Shown piece by piece: positions 38,801 to 50,800 of a stretch of 64,000 nucleotides of DNA (positions are counted from its first letter, which is position 1; the number at the start of each line of letters is the position of its first letter). The notes under the pieces were generated by a model, which worked only from the letters and a program-made list of their open reading frames with translations, did not search any database and had not been told where the DNA came from. The position numbers and the translations under genes were made by a program. The stretch comes from Giardia intestinalis (taxonomy: Eukaryota): NCBI GenBank assembly GCA_000002435.2, contig CM018793.1; one strand, 5' to 3'.

Positions 38801-41800
38801 CCCGTATTTAAAATGGATATAGGATGTGTTGGAAGGTCCATTTCTGATGCCCCAACAGTAATTTTCCCCAGGTTAACAAACTGTGGGCTGAAGGACACCT
38901 CTGGAAGAACGCCCGTTGCCTCAGCAATAAAGGAGAAGCGGCGACGAGCTACGTCCTGTTCCTGAAGCCCGTCCTCAAGCTGCTGAAGAATGACGTGATC
39001 TTGAGGAGGCATCCCCTTTCCGGTAGGCTGCTTGGATCCTCCACTTTGGAGCTGGGCCAATCCAAAGATTCCGGGGAGGTTGTTCTTTATCAGATCCACC
39101 ACCGCAAAATGATGATCTACAACAACGCAGATAACTTGACAACGGGAAACAACCTGTGCAGAGGGAAAGTACTTGAGCGTCACGTAGGTACTCTCGTTTG
39201 GTAGCAATCGGAAGAAATCATTTTCCAACGACCACGCCTCATTATCGTTCGTGACAAGCGTTGTATCCTTCTTGTCACCAGACGGTTTCGGCGGTTTTGC
39301 TGCTTGTTGAGATGATCTCTCTTGAGAGGAAGGCGTGGCACTCTCCCTTTTGGCATTCTTCTTCAGATTTGCTGATACAAAGTTAACAATCTGCGTGCTT
39401 GTTTCCCCGCAGCGCTCGCTAATCACACCATCAAGAGCTTGCGGAGTCATCCTAGTCTGATCAAAATTAAGAAATATGGCTACTGTGCACGGAACAGAAT
39501 ATGGATTGGTAACTTTAATCCTCTCAGAAAGCTCGCTGCCAATGACACAAGGACCAAGACAGAATATCTTGCTGATAGGTGAAAACGTCGGGCCGCCAAC
39601 AAGCATACTTGGGTTGGCCGGAAGCTGGTTCGATAAGGCTTGCTCTTCAAAGATGTTAGAGTAATTAGACGTTACTATTCCTGGTATTATAGATATTGCC
39701 GATAAAGAGTAGCGCAATAAAGGAAGATTCGTCACGTAGTATTGCAGTTTGGCAAGCCTTTGCTGGACATCCTCATTTTTCGAAATGTAGGTTTGTAAGA
39801 TACTTGGTGCAGTCTTAGCGGAGTCGTTCAGCGAAGCTAATAGAGAAGCAAGGAAAGTCTCCGTCAATGCTGAGCCACCAAAGTAATCTGGAGGCTTGTT
39901 GGTGTAGTCTATGATGAAGTAGTCGCGCCAGTTTCCATTTGCCTGTGATGTGAATGTCACCGTCACCTCTCGAGACTCCTGAGGAGCTAGGTGCAAGAGA
40001 GAAGGTTGTATGATGAATGGCCCAGAGCGGAGCGCAGCTATTGATGCCAGATTAATAGTTGTGGCTGCAGAGCTTCTCTTTTCTACGCTTTTTGATTGTG
40101 CTTTTTGCTCTGTTGACGGGCGAATGAGGCCATTTTCAACGCATAATCTGTATAGCTCGTGAACCGTCTCTAAATGAACACCAAACTGACGTAACGCAGA
40201 AGCATCCAATTCAGAATTGGTTGCCTTTTTTGCATGATCACTGAACGGGCTAGCTTCACCGAAGAGCAGCCATCGTTTTATTACCTGCTCCAAGGGCTCG
40301 ATATAAAGGAGGAATGGGAAATGTCCTTCGTTGCGTATTGAAATCGTCTTTGAAACAACTTTTCCATGCGGGTGCTCGCCGAAGACAATATTCCGTTCTG
40401 GCTGAATCTTGGCCTGGCTAAAGACAGCCTCAGCTGTAAGGTTAACATTGTTTCGCGCCAACATAAGATTTGTGAGAGGCTCAAAAAATGTGACCTGGAG
40501 GATTGGTACCTTTTCATAGATTCGGGCCTCGGGCGCACGGAAGATTAAACTGATCCTAACTTTGCTTGTAGAGGACTCAGAGGCTCCCTTGCCTTGTTTC
40601 TGTGGAGGGTTAGGGCGACTGGACGGCCTATTGGATTCGTCAACTCCGAGAGTGCCACTTTGGATTGTCACCAGTTTGTACATATCTGGATCAATGGGAC
40701 GTGTCTGTGCTGGTGCAGATGACTCTTGCTTCTTGCCTCGCTCTGCTTTTTCTCTTGAATCAGAGTCTTCTATGAGGAAGATTACGTCTTTAAAGCTTTT
40801 GCTGACAACGATTTTGTAGCCAACTTGATAAGGTCCGTTGTTGACAAGCATGAGCTCGGCCTTGAAATACACAAGTGCCCGTACAATCCCAAGATTTAGA
40901 TTGTTGTTCGGTTTAGTTGTATCAAAGGCCGACTCACCGCTCTGAACGGCAGATGGTATCCTGTCCGGACTTTCTGAAATGCCCACAATAGTCGTAAAAA
41001 CATCTACCTTGTGTGATTCGCATATGATATTTAGGGCATGCTCAACGACAGGGTCTAAAAATGCACGTCCAAGTGCATCGAGAGTTGGTAGTCTGGGCCC
41101 GTTGGCCCTTGACTTGTCAACAAGGACGTCGTTTTCGGGAACATTTTTGAGCCCACCTACATGCTGCCGAACAAGCAACTTTCCAGGCATGACTATTCGT
41201 GCTTCTGTGGGACTTGAGTACTCAACATTGAGTACCTTCCTCTCTCCCGGACCAAGATAGAAGCGAGCGTTATTGATCAGAAGGGAATTGTTGACTCTCC
41301 AAGAATATTGTTGGTCGGCAATTCTCGTTGATCTGGGGTACTTCGTGGTCTTGACGGAAGACTTTACAAGGTACTCGGGATAATTAACGACCTGGGTTAC
41401 TGCTGTAAGCATAGAGAGTTCCGTGTGCATAGGACAATACTCGACCATAAGGGGCAGCTGGCTAGTATTTTCAATTGGGATTTCTAAGGACTCAGTCGTA
41501 CTCGTTGGAACGCGGGGGACAAGAAGGTTGTTCAATTGATAGAGGTTCTCGTGAGCCGGATCCTTCCCCTTGGTAGGTGCTTTGGATGCATTCTTTGAGC
41601 CAGATACGATGTCTTTAGCATCTAGCTTATAGCCATTGGCCAAATAACGCGTGCTATTTGCTGCTAAGTCGTCGACATCCTTAGAAATATTACTACACGG
41701 TAAGAGGTCTTCAGCACACTCAGGTAGGCTATATTCAATACGGGGGGTCTGTCCTGCGCAGCTGAACCCGATGGCTAGGTAACTAGGGTTACCATTGACA

Positions 41801-44800
41801 CCTATGAAGAGGGTTTCCTTATAGCTCTTGTCTTCTGGAGGAAAGCATGTGATATAAATGGCAGACCGCTCACCTGGCTGGAGAGTCAATCTGTATGGAT
41901 AAACAACGAACACTGGTTCCACATCGGCAACTGGTGCTCCCTTGGTACCAGGCTTACCTTGCTGCTTTGTTCCGCTCTTACTTGTTTGAAGGGATCCATC
42001 GAATAGTAAATCTTGAAGGGAAAGGGTTGGATCTGTAGATGAGAAGACCTTCTGCAGGCCTTCTTTAACAACAGAGACGACTTCATCGGAAGAGAAGTTA
42101 ATCTCGGTGCCTCTACTGCTGTTAGCATGCGTTAGTTCTGCGAGTCCATGGAGCATGCTATCAAAGATAAAGGCCACGGTAACGGGGAAGTAGCTGTCAT
42201 TGATTATGCTGAGCACCTCCATATGTTGTGGCGTAAATTTGCATATGGTGTCAGCAATAAACTTGCACGCCCTCTGATGGGTTAGAGTATCCAGCTTAGT
42301 CAGAAGACAAGATGGTGATGCTTCAGGCTTATTTCCCTGGTTCTGCCCTTCATCCTTTGGTAATGCAGAGACAGAGGATGACGGCCGTGATCGTACCTTA
42401 GTCGAGGGGCGTTGCTTTGTGCCTGGCATAACGTCAAGAGGGGCCTCAGATGCAGCGTATGGATTGGAAAAGGCTGAGCTCATGGAAAAGAACTCTGGTC
42501 TCTGAAGGCCTGATCGTAAATATCCAAATCCAAAAAGGGCAACGGGCTCCCCTGGCCGAGGCTTTACTGAAACCTCAGCTGGTCGCTGCACAATTGCAAC
42601 TGGCTCCCCTTTCTGATCTGAATCATTAAAGTTAGGGGTTTGTGATACTTCCGCGGCAGCACTTGATTCATCGGGCCCAGGTTGTGTGCCAGATGTTGTA
42701 AGCATGGCTGTAGACATTCCATCTGGTAAAGGAGTGAGAGACTTTCCATTCTTCGTCGCAGTACGGGCCGTAAATATGACGTTCAACTGCTCTATTATAT
42801 GGGGGAAGTCACATTTGCAGACAAATACAAGCGGGAAAACAGTGCTGCAGCCTCGAACACCAAAGTGCACCCGAAGCTTTGTGGTAAGAATGCTATTGGA
42901 GACAAAGCGGAACCCAACGCGTAGGCTGGAATGAGGCTTGAGAATCCAGCGAGTAGATCCCATCTCGCTTGGAAAATCCACGCCACTGAAAAGGGTCCGT
43001 ATGTTTGTCTCAGCGTTGTCCTTTGCCGCCTGTTTTTCTGCCAAACTTTGAGATAGTTGCTTTGCGTTAGCTCCCTTACTAGACAAGGACGCCTGCAAGT
43101 CCTTTATCTCTGCGCAAATAGTCTGCACTTGTTTCTGAGCGTCTTGGAACGAGTAGATGGTAGAAGAATTTGCTGGCAAGACACGGGCGATGCGCTTGAA
43201 AGTCTGTTCGTGTTCATATTGAAAGACCGCAGCATCATACAGGCACTCAAGCATCACCTTGGGGGACATGAATTCCTTATTCATAATGGCACCTGTGACA
43301 TGCTTAAGGGTTGCGAATGCTGGTGAGCGCGCATACTTCTGAAGCATTTTGTTCAGCACCTGGATCGGCGTCTTGGACGTGCGCGACTTCTTTCGATCTG
43401 TGACTTCAAGGGATTCCACAGCTGGAGCAACGGACTCGACATCTGCGCCTGCATCTGTAACAGCCATAGTTCGCTCGGGGTCAGGGATGTCGCTCTCATC
43501 ACTTGCAATTCCGCTAAAGCTCTCCTGTTTGTAGTCGGCAGCATCAAATATAACATCCAGTATCCTCTGGATAGTTTCTATAACGTAAAGGTCATCGCTT
43601 GTCTGCACGTGGAGAAAGCTTGTAAAGGTTCCTTGCCCAGAGATACTTTGCGCAGAGGAATACGTGGCTAAGTTGGTTAGCTTTTTCTGAAGAATCGAGG
43701 TATAGCAAGTATAGGCTTTGCGGACGCGGTGAAGAATCTCTTCAAGGGTCGAGGTTGGATCGATGCGATTTGACGCAGTGGTGTCCATGTACGTCACCAG
43801 AAACATATTTTCTTCATTGATCTTAGTAACAGGGTGTGGAGGAAGAGCTTTTTCAAGCTCAGCCACGACTTTAGTTGCCTCATCGACGGCCTGCTGCAGT
43901 CTTTTCTGGTCTGCCTTCTTTGCTTGTGAAAGCGCTTCCTGAGCTTGCTTCAGCGTATCAAGGGCCTTTTTGTAACTTGCCTCTTCAGGGGAGAAGCTAT
44001 CCATAGATCCTGATGAGCTTCTATAGGCGTCGATGCTAGTTTTGTGCGCTAGGGTGACTAGTTCCTTAATAGCGTGAAGCGCAGAATTAATAAGGGGAAC
44101 AGACTTCAAGTACATTTGATGGGCAGCGCCGTGGGGATCATCGACAACGAAAACAGTGTCATAGAAGGGCGTAACATATGTCGCAGCAGATGCACCAGGT
44201 CCTTGCTCGTCTCCATTAGCCACGGCATCTGTGACAGTGGTTGCAGCAGGGCCTAGATCGGAATCAGATAAGGCAGGAATCTTCTGTCTGGGCGAAAGAG
44301 ATGCTTCTTTTGGCTCCTTAGAATGCAGGGCAAGCTCCTTATCATATTGCTTCTTGGCGCCGGAAAGAGCTAATCTAACCATAGAAATCTTGGTCTCTGC
44401 TTTGCGTGTCTCTGCTGGCTCTGTTTCATCTTGAACTGGCACCCCCATTTCGACGCTTTTATAGTCATTGACAAGGATCTCCATGGCTCTGCGGCGACTA
44501 TCAACTGGAGAGCAGTCCAGGATTATTGTATGGAAAAGTAGCCGTGAAGACACATTCTGTGCAGAGTAAAAGATCGGTTTCATGAAGTGCTTTACAGATG
44601 CCTTTGCAATGACTATGATTGCATCCCCGACATCTCGGACGGCGCTACACGTTAGTGAATCAAAGATAAGCCCGGTTAGACTGTGAGTATAACTAGTTCC
44701 ACCTTCATCTGCCGTTATACCCTCCAATGACGTAGTCCTCGCTCCAAACGTCTCTACGATTGATGTATATAGTGAGTCTGCAAGGGCATCGAGGTAGTCC

Positions 44801-47800
44801 GGCTCCTTCATTGGATCTGTAGCTGGCGCAGCCTCTTCCGTCTTCTTTTTAGGAACATTCTTTCCGCCCGATTCGGGAGGCTTCTTGGAGGCATCCTCCC
44901 ATTGGGAGACTCTAACTAAGATATCCTTATATGCCTTGCTGTTTTCAAGTAAATTCTCTAAGGACAAAATGGGCATCTGCACCCCTTTGCTCAGTGCATC
45001 CACGGCTTCTCTTGGCCTGTTATAGAACGAAGAAATTTTGTTTGCTAGAGTTGTCTTTCCTGCTAAGGGGGCTCCGTGAATGACATAAACGAGAAAGGGA
45101 AGGTTGCTGAGACATGTATCGTTACTAGCGATCCGGTAGCTTCTGCCTTTGATTACAGACGGCGCAATGCGCGCATATTTCTGAGTTAAAAGCTCTATGG
45201 GGCAAAGATCATATGCAAAGTCCTCTTGAGAAACTGGCGCATCTAAATACTGGATGGTCTCATCTTCAGCCGGTAGCTCACACGCATCTACCCGGGATAC
45301 TGGCAACTCAACGGACTTGTCCGCAGCCTCTGACTTGGCAGCTGATGCAACGTTTCTACTTGCCCCCTGAGTATCTGTACTAATAACAGAGCTTGTACGG
45401 TGTGCAGGATCCGGCTTATCGGAGCGCCCCGATGCCCCACGAGACTTACTGATGGTCTTACCAACCGAGACATCTGGTTCATATGTCTCGGTCGCCTCCG
45501 GCGGCAAATAACATTGCTCAAACCAGGCAACTAGCCTAGTCAGTCCCAGCTCCAATAATAACTTCTTAGTTATAGGACCCAAGCCATCCCCTGGAGCAGG
45601 CACTTCACTCAGAAGATGGGAATAGGTAGGGGGACGTGCCTGTTTATTATCGAGAGTAGATAGTATCTTAGTAGGCTTCCTAGCCCGAGCCTCCGTTTGA
45701 GTAAGCATGGGTTCCACAGCGTCGCTAGTCGGTTGCTCATTTGCAGCTAAAAGAGACAAGACATCCGGCTTTCCCAGTAAGGAAAGGACAGACGGACTGT
45801 TAGCGCCGTATGCAGCTGGAGTGTACGATCCCGCAAAGCGGTAAATAGAGTTGTTACTGGGATCTCCCTGAGTCCCATCAGAAGACCTGAGTGCTGGTTG
45901 AATTGTGGTCTTTCTGTCAAAGACAAGCATCTTTCCGCAATTCCTTGCTAACGAAGAGTACAGCAGCTGCTCGATATGATTGAATTTGTCAAACTCTTTC
46001 ACATATAGCTCATATGTCTCATCAGAATCATTCCGCAGCTCAACCACTTCAAAGCTCCCTGGTAACTCCTTAGGATAAATCGGCAAAAACTCAACGATCT
46101 GCTTGCTCAGGCGCACCGCCGGGTGAGTCCCGAGACCTACAAAATGCACCGTAACCTTAGATGAGTTTCCATTTATGCCACCCATCTTTACGTGGAAAAC
46201 TAAGGAGCCCCTAAAGTAGGTTCTATCCGTGCTATCTGGGAAGTAGTCAAACGGCTTGAACACGATATCCAGCAACAAATCGCTGGTCTTTGGAGCTAAC
46301 GAACCGTAGTTTTGGAGAGCGGTGTCCTCTGCAGTAATTAGTGTAAAGATATTGGGGTCGGTCCCAAGGAGCGGAGCCTCTACCGAGAGACCCTTTTCCT
46401 TTCCTTCCTTCAATAGGCCTACTACTCCACTTAGAAACTCAAATGTATAAGCAGCCTGCACGGCTGTCGGATTTTCAAGCCGCAGATTGAACATCTTTGC
46501 TTGTCCGTAAAGCACTTCACCGAAGTTTAACACATATGCGTCGGACTCCTTAATCGGCAGTGCCACAAAATTGGATGAGCATGCAGATAAATTGACCGGC
46601 CGAATTGTCGGTAGCGTCACTGAGACGTTGCAGGTCAAGAAGCCTATGATAGATTGCTTGAACTCAATCGGGATGACGAATACATAATTACCGAGGACAG
46701 CCTTATGATTTGCAGTATACATAATTGTAAGTGTGATGCTTTCGCCGCTGGGTAGACGAGAGACCTTTTCAGGCTCCACAGAGACTCCTGCTGGCAACAT
46801 GAAGCGCTTATCAAATGATAGATGCATGGGGGTGGATCCTTTGTTGTAGATAGTGATCGTCTGAGAGGTCTTTGTGCCGCGAATAACAGGGGGAAGAGAG
46901 ACCGCGACATTAAATAAGACAAACTTGTTGCAAAGATAGTTTGTAGACAGCTTCTCTCGAAGATGGTGATATTGGCCGTCGTTCAAGTGGATTGGCTGCT
47001 TGTTTGATGTAGGTGCTCTGGTAACTGACGATGCTTGAGAGACCATCGATGTCCCATCCAGGAACAGAGTTGTGCCGGGGGTCTCCTTTTTCGCCTGGTT
47101 CGTGGCTGACAATCGGTGAGCTACCGAAGGAGAAAGTAGTCGTGTTCTGGCAATGCTCATCTTCTTCTCAGACGGACGAACAGCATTATGGGCTGACCGG
47201 CTGGCGGCCTCTATGATGTCTTCTGCACCTATAATCGGAAAGGTTCCGTAATATCGATAGAATTCTAGGAAATTTATGCAAAGGTCGCTGGCTACGGAGT
47301 TCAGAACATAATCCTTGTGAAGAGAAGCAAGAAAGCCTTCGCTTGTTATTGTCTCTGTCCCTTTTGGCTCATAACGCACTCCATAGATTTCTAATGAGCC
47401 ATCTGGGCCTATTTTCTTGTGCAAAGTGCTGATTAATTGAGTCGAACAGGGTGATCGCAACTGTATACTGGTTGATGCCGCGTTTGCTTCAGAACTAGCA
47501 GAGTCTTCTGCCAGACATCGCAGACCCACGGCATCCACCTCAACATGACGAATATATAGACTCGCAGCAATCAGAAAGGCGTTATACGGGAGCAGTTCTG
47601 AAAGGGGAGAAGCAGATGCATTGTTGTCCCAAGGAAAAAGGTATTCCATAGGGGGGAGTGTGTTAGAGACTTGCGTGTGGGTCTCCGCCAGCAGGCTCCC
47701 ACCACTAACCAAGAGGGGACGCTCAATATACGCTTTGGCTGTGATGGGCAAAATCAGACGCTCCAAGTATCCTATTTTGATAGATAAAGGAATGTAAAGC

Positions 47801-50800
47801 GGTCCTGGAATGAGGGGTCGAACACTCAATGGTATCTCAAGAACGCTATGTCCATTGAGCTCATAACTAAAGTCAGAAACAGCAGCAGGAGAGGTCAGTA
47901 CCTGGAGTGGAGCATTACTAAGTTTGTTTATGAAGGGTCTGCACTCATAGGGTATGCTAATAACGACAGTAGTTTTCATGGGCGACTTATTGGTAATCGA
48001 TATCGTGCTGGTCTGCTCTGACGAAAAGGTGATATCCCCATAATTTATATAGCTAGGTCGGACATCGGCCTCAAGGTTACTTGTGCCAGCTCGTAATCCA
48101 TAGGAGTAGGACTCTCCCCCATCAATGGAGCATATCATTCTGCACTGATCTGTGCAGATCTCGTTTGTTTGGCCGACAAACGAAACATTGAATTTTGCCA
48201 GGTGGCCCGGAAGAAGGCCAGAGTTACCGTCCACGCCTAATGGAGTGATATCGTACTTGAACTTGTCCGAGCCTTGGGCCATTTGGAGAAGCCACTGGAA
48301 GCGAACCGGAAAACGGGAAATGTTCTTGCACAGTATTATCTGGGTTATGGTAGTGCCAACATTGGCCATTCCAAAGTCAATGATGCCCTTTTCAGGATCT
48401 GTAGAGGAGTTATCAAGCGGTAAGTCGTGCTTGGATGCTTGATTACTAAGGGCAGAATAAGCAGAATACATGTCTAAATTATGCTCCTTGAGGGTCGCCA
48501 ACGAACAGGAACGAAACTCGAGACTTGGGAAGAAGGCTGAAAGCTTCAGAGGCACTGCAACCGTGGGCACAGAAATGGGAAGTTGACCTGGAGGAAGAAG
48601 TCGGATTATAAGCGTAGAGTCAACAAACTTAGGCGTAGAGTCTGAACGAACGTAGTCTGTATCAACACTGATCTCTACGATACAGAATTCTTCTGAGTTG
48701 CCCTTCAGGTCTATAGACACCGTTTGTGCAAAGGCTGGAAAGTGCACCGGGCCGCCGAAAGTAATGGAGCAGGGATCAGTTGGTTGAATGGGTATTTCGC
48801 TGTCTTCTGATGTGCCCTTTTGCAGCCCAAGAGCTTGTCTGAAAGGGGAGCTCACATTGGCAGGCACTAGAGCACTGGCATCCTCATCTAGCTCATCGAC
48901 CGCATGATTTGATGCATCGCTGATAGTAGGTTCTTCGTCTCCATTGTTAGGAGGACATGCCACAGGAGCGCCATCTAGGCATTGCTCAATGGCGCATGGG
49001 GAAGGAGAATTATCTAGTGTTGCGGAAATGAAATCGCCACAATAGCCAGGATCATCAACCCTATCGGCAAGGCCTGCTTCAAGAGCTAGGGTATCGTGGA
49101 TATAGTGGCACACATGCTCATCATCCTTGGCTATAGCGCGAACCCGAAATGGGGCCTGGACAAGAATCTGCATCTTTCCAGGAAGACTGCTTGTATTCAC
49201 CAATTTTATAAACTTTGTTAGCTCGTGGTGTACGTAGTAGTAACCATCTGGTGAAACAAATTTCGCGAGGGGAACCGGCGGATCATTATTAAATGGAATA
49301 TTGTCTGCACCAAGAAATTGCGAAGTAACGTCTGCACGCTCAATGAAGTAATCTGGTGATGCAATAACTGGAAACTCTTCGTAAATAAAGTTTAGAAGAG
49401 AAGGGCGCTGTTTCTTGTTAGATACGCGTGTGCTGGGTCTATCTACAACAGAACCCGCGATACTTTCCGAAACATCAGTAATAGTCAGGGATGATTCAAC
49501 AGGCCTTCGAGTAACTTGTACGAGTGGCGCAGATCCTGGGCTTTGTCCTTTGCATACGAGTACAAGGTGTCGTTCAAGGAAGCTGTACTTTCCCAAGGAA
49601 AGAGGTTCGCAGCGCTCATGATAAAGTGAAGCAGTTTGCAGGCCTTCGTTCAAGGGCAGAACCATCTCGGAGGCAGTTACCTCTGCATTGATAAAACTAT
49701 AACAAAACGTGACCTGAAAGGCTACTTTAGTTTCCTTCCCGGGTACATTAGACTTCAGTTGATAGATCTCTCGACCGTTGGTGATAACAGACGGAACACG
49801 GCCCCTTAGCTTGAATGTATGGAAAGCCCCAGGTTGCAGCTGGACACGGTCTTGCTCGAATTTCAGGTAATGAGTGTTTCCTTGACCCTTTTTAACCCCG
49901 GGATTTCCTATGTAAACCCACGTGCAATTTTGGGCAAAGGCGCCGTGATTTTGAATAACAATGCTGTACTGCAGTTCCTCCGTGACAAACCACGTGCCAC
50001 AGTCAACGTTCGGTTCTTTGTTGAGATCTTGATGGGGGCATAGCAAGTTGGTCCCCTTTGCAGAGGCGTACATAGGCACTTTAATAACACTGCTAGTGGC
50101 CTTGATCGTATCCTCCGAGAGGCTGCAACTAGCATTCGCCAATGTCACATACACTAGCAGGTTCTCACGATAGGTACCTGCCTCAGTTGTGTAGAACGTG
50201 ATAGGAATGCTTGTTTCCTCGCCAGGGGCCACAAGCTTATCGCTAAACTCTTTCTCAATACTGAAGAAGGATCCGTGCTTTTCTGGAATCACTCTGCAGC
50301 GAGCAGAGGTCAGTCCGACGTTTTTCAGAGTGAGCGGTAGGTGCACCACGTCGAGAACCCTGACGTAAGACTCCTTGTTGTTCGGCCGAGTAAACTCCAG
50401 AGGGCCGCCGGCCTCTACACGGGGGCCTCTTGCAGAATACTGAACCATACAGGACAGCGTCTGCTTCTCAAAGGCGTCAGAGGTGAATGCAACTGGGATA
50501 ACCAAATGGCCCTGGGAGCGTGGGATGATTCCGCATTCAAGGGATTCTTCTGCACCAGGAAGAAGTACCCCACTCGCTTTGCTACAAGTAATTAGGCAAT
50601 TATCGAGAACATCTTGGACAGGAAAGCTCCAGTTACCTATCACAGACGCAACGTTCTTAATCTTAACGTTGAACGTATGCCTGTAACCAACGAACCCCTC
50701 TGCAATATTAATCACCGTGGGATCAATCTCAAACTTGGGATTGATGATTGATCCGATTATCTGAATAGTTTGTAGCGGGCGCTGAGAAGATGCGTGATAA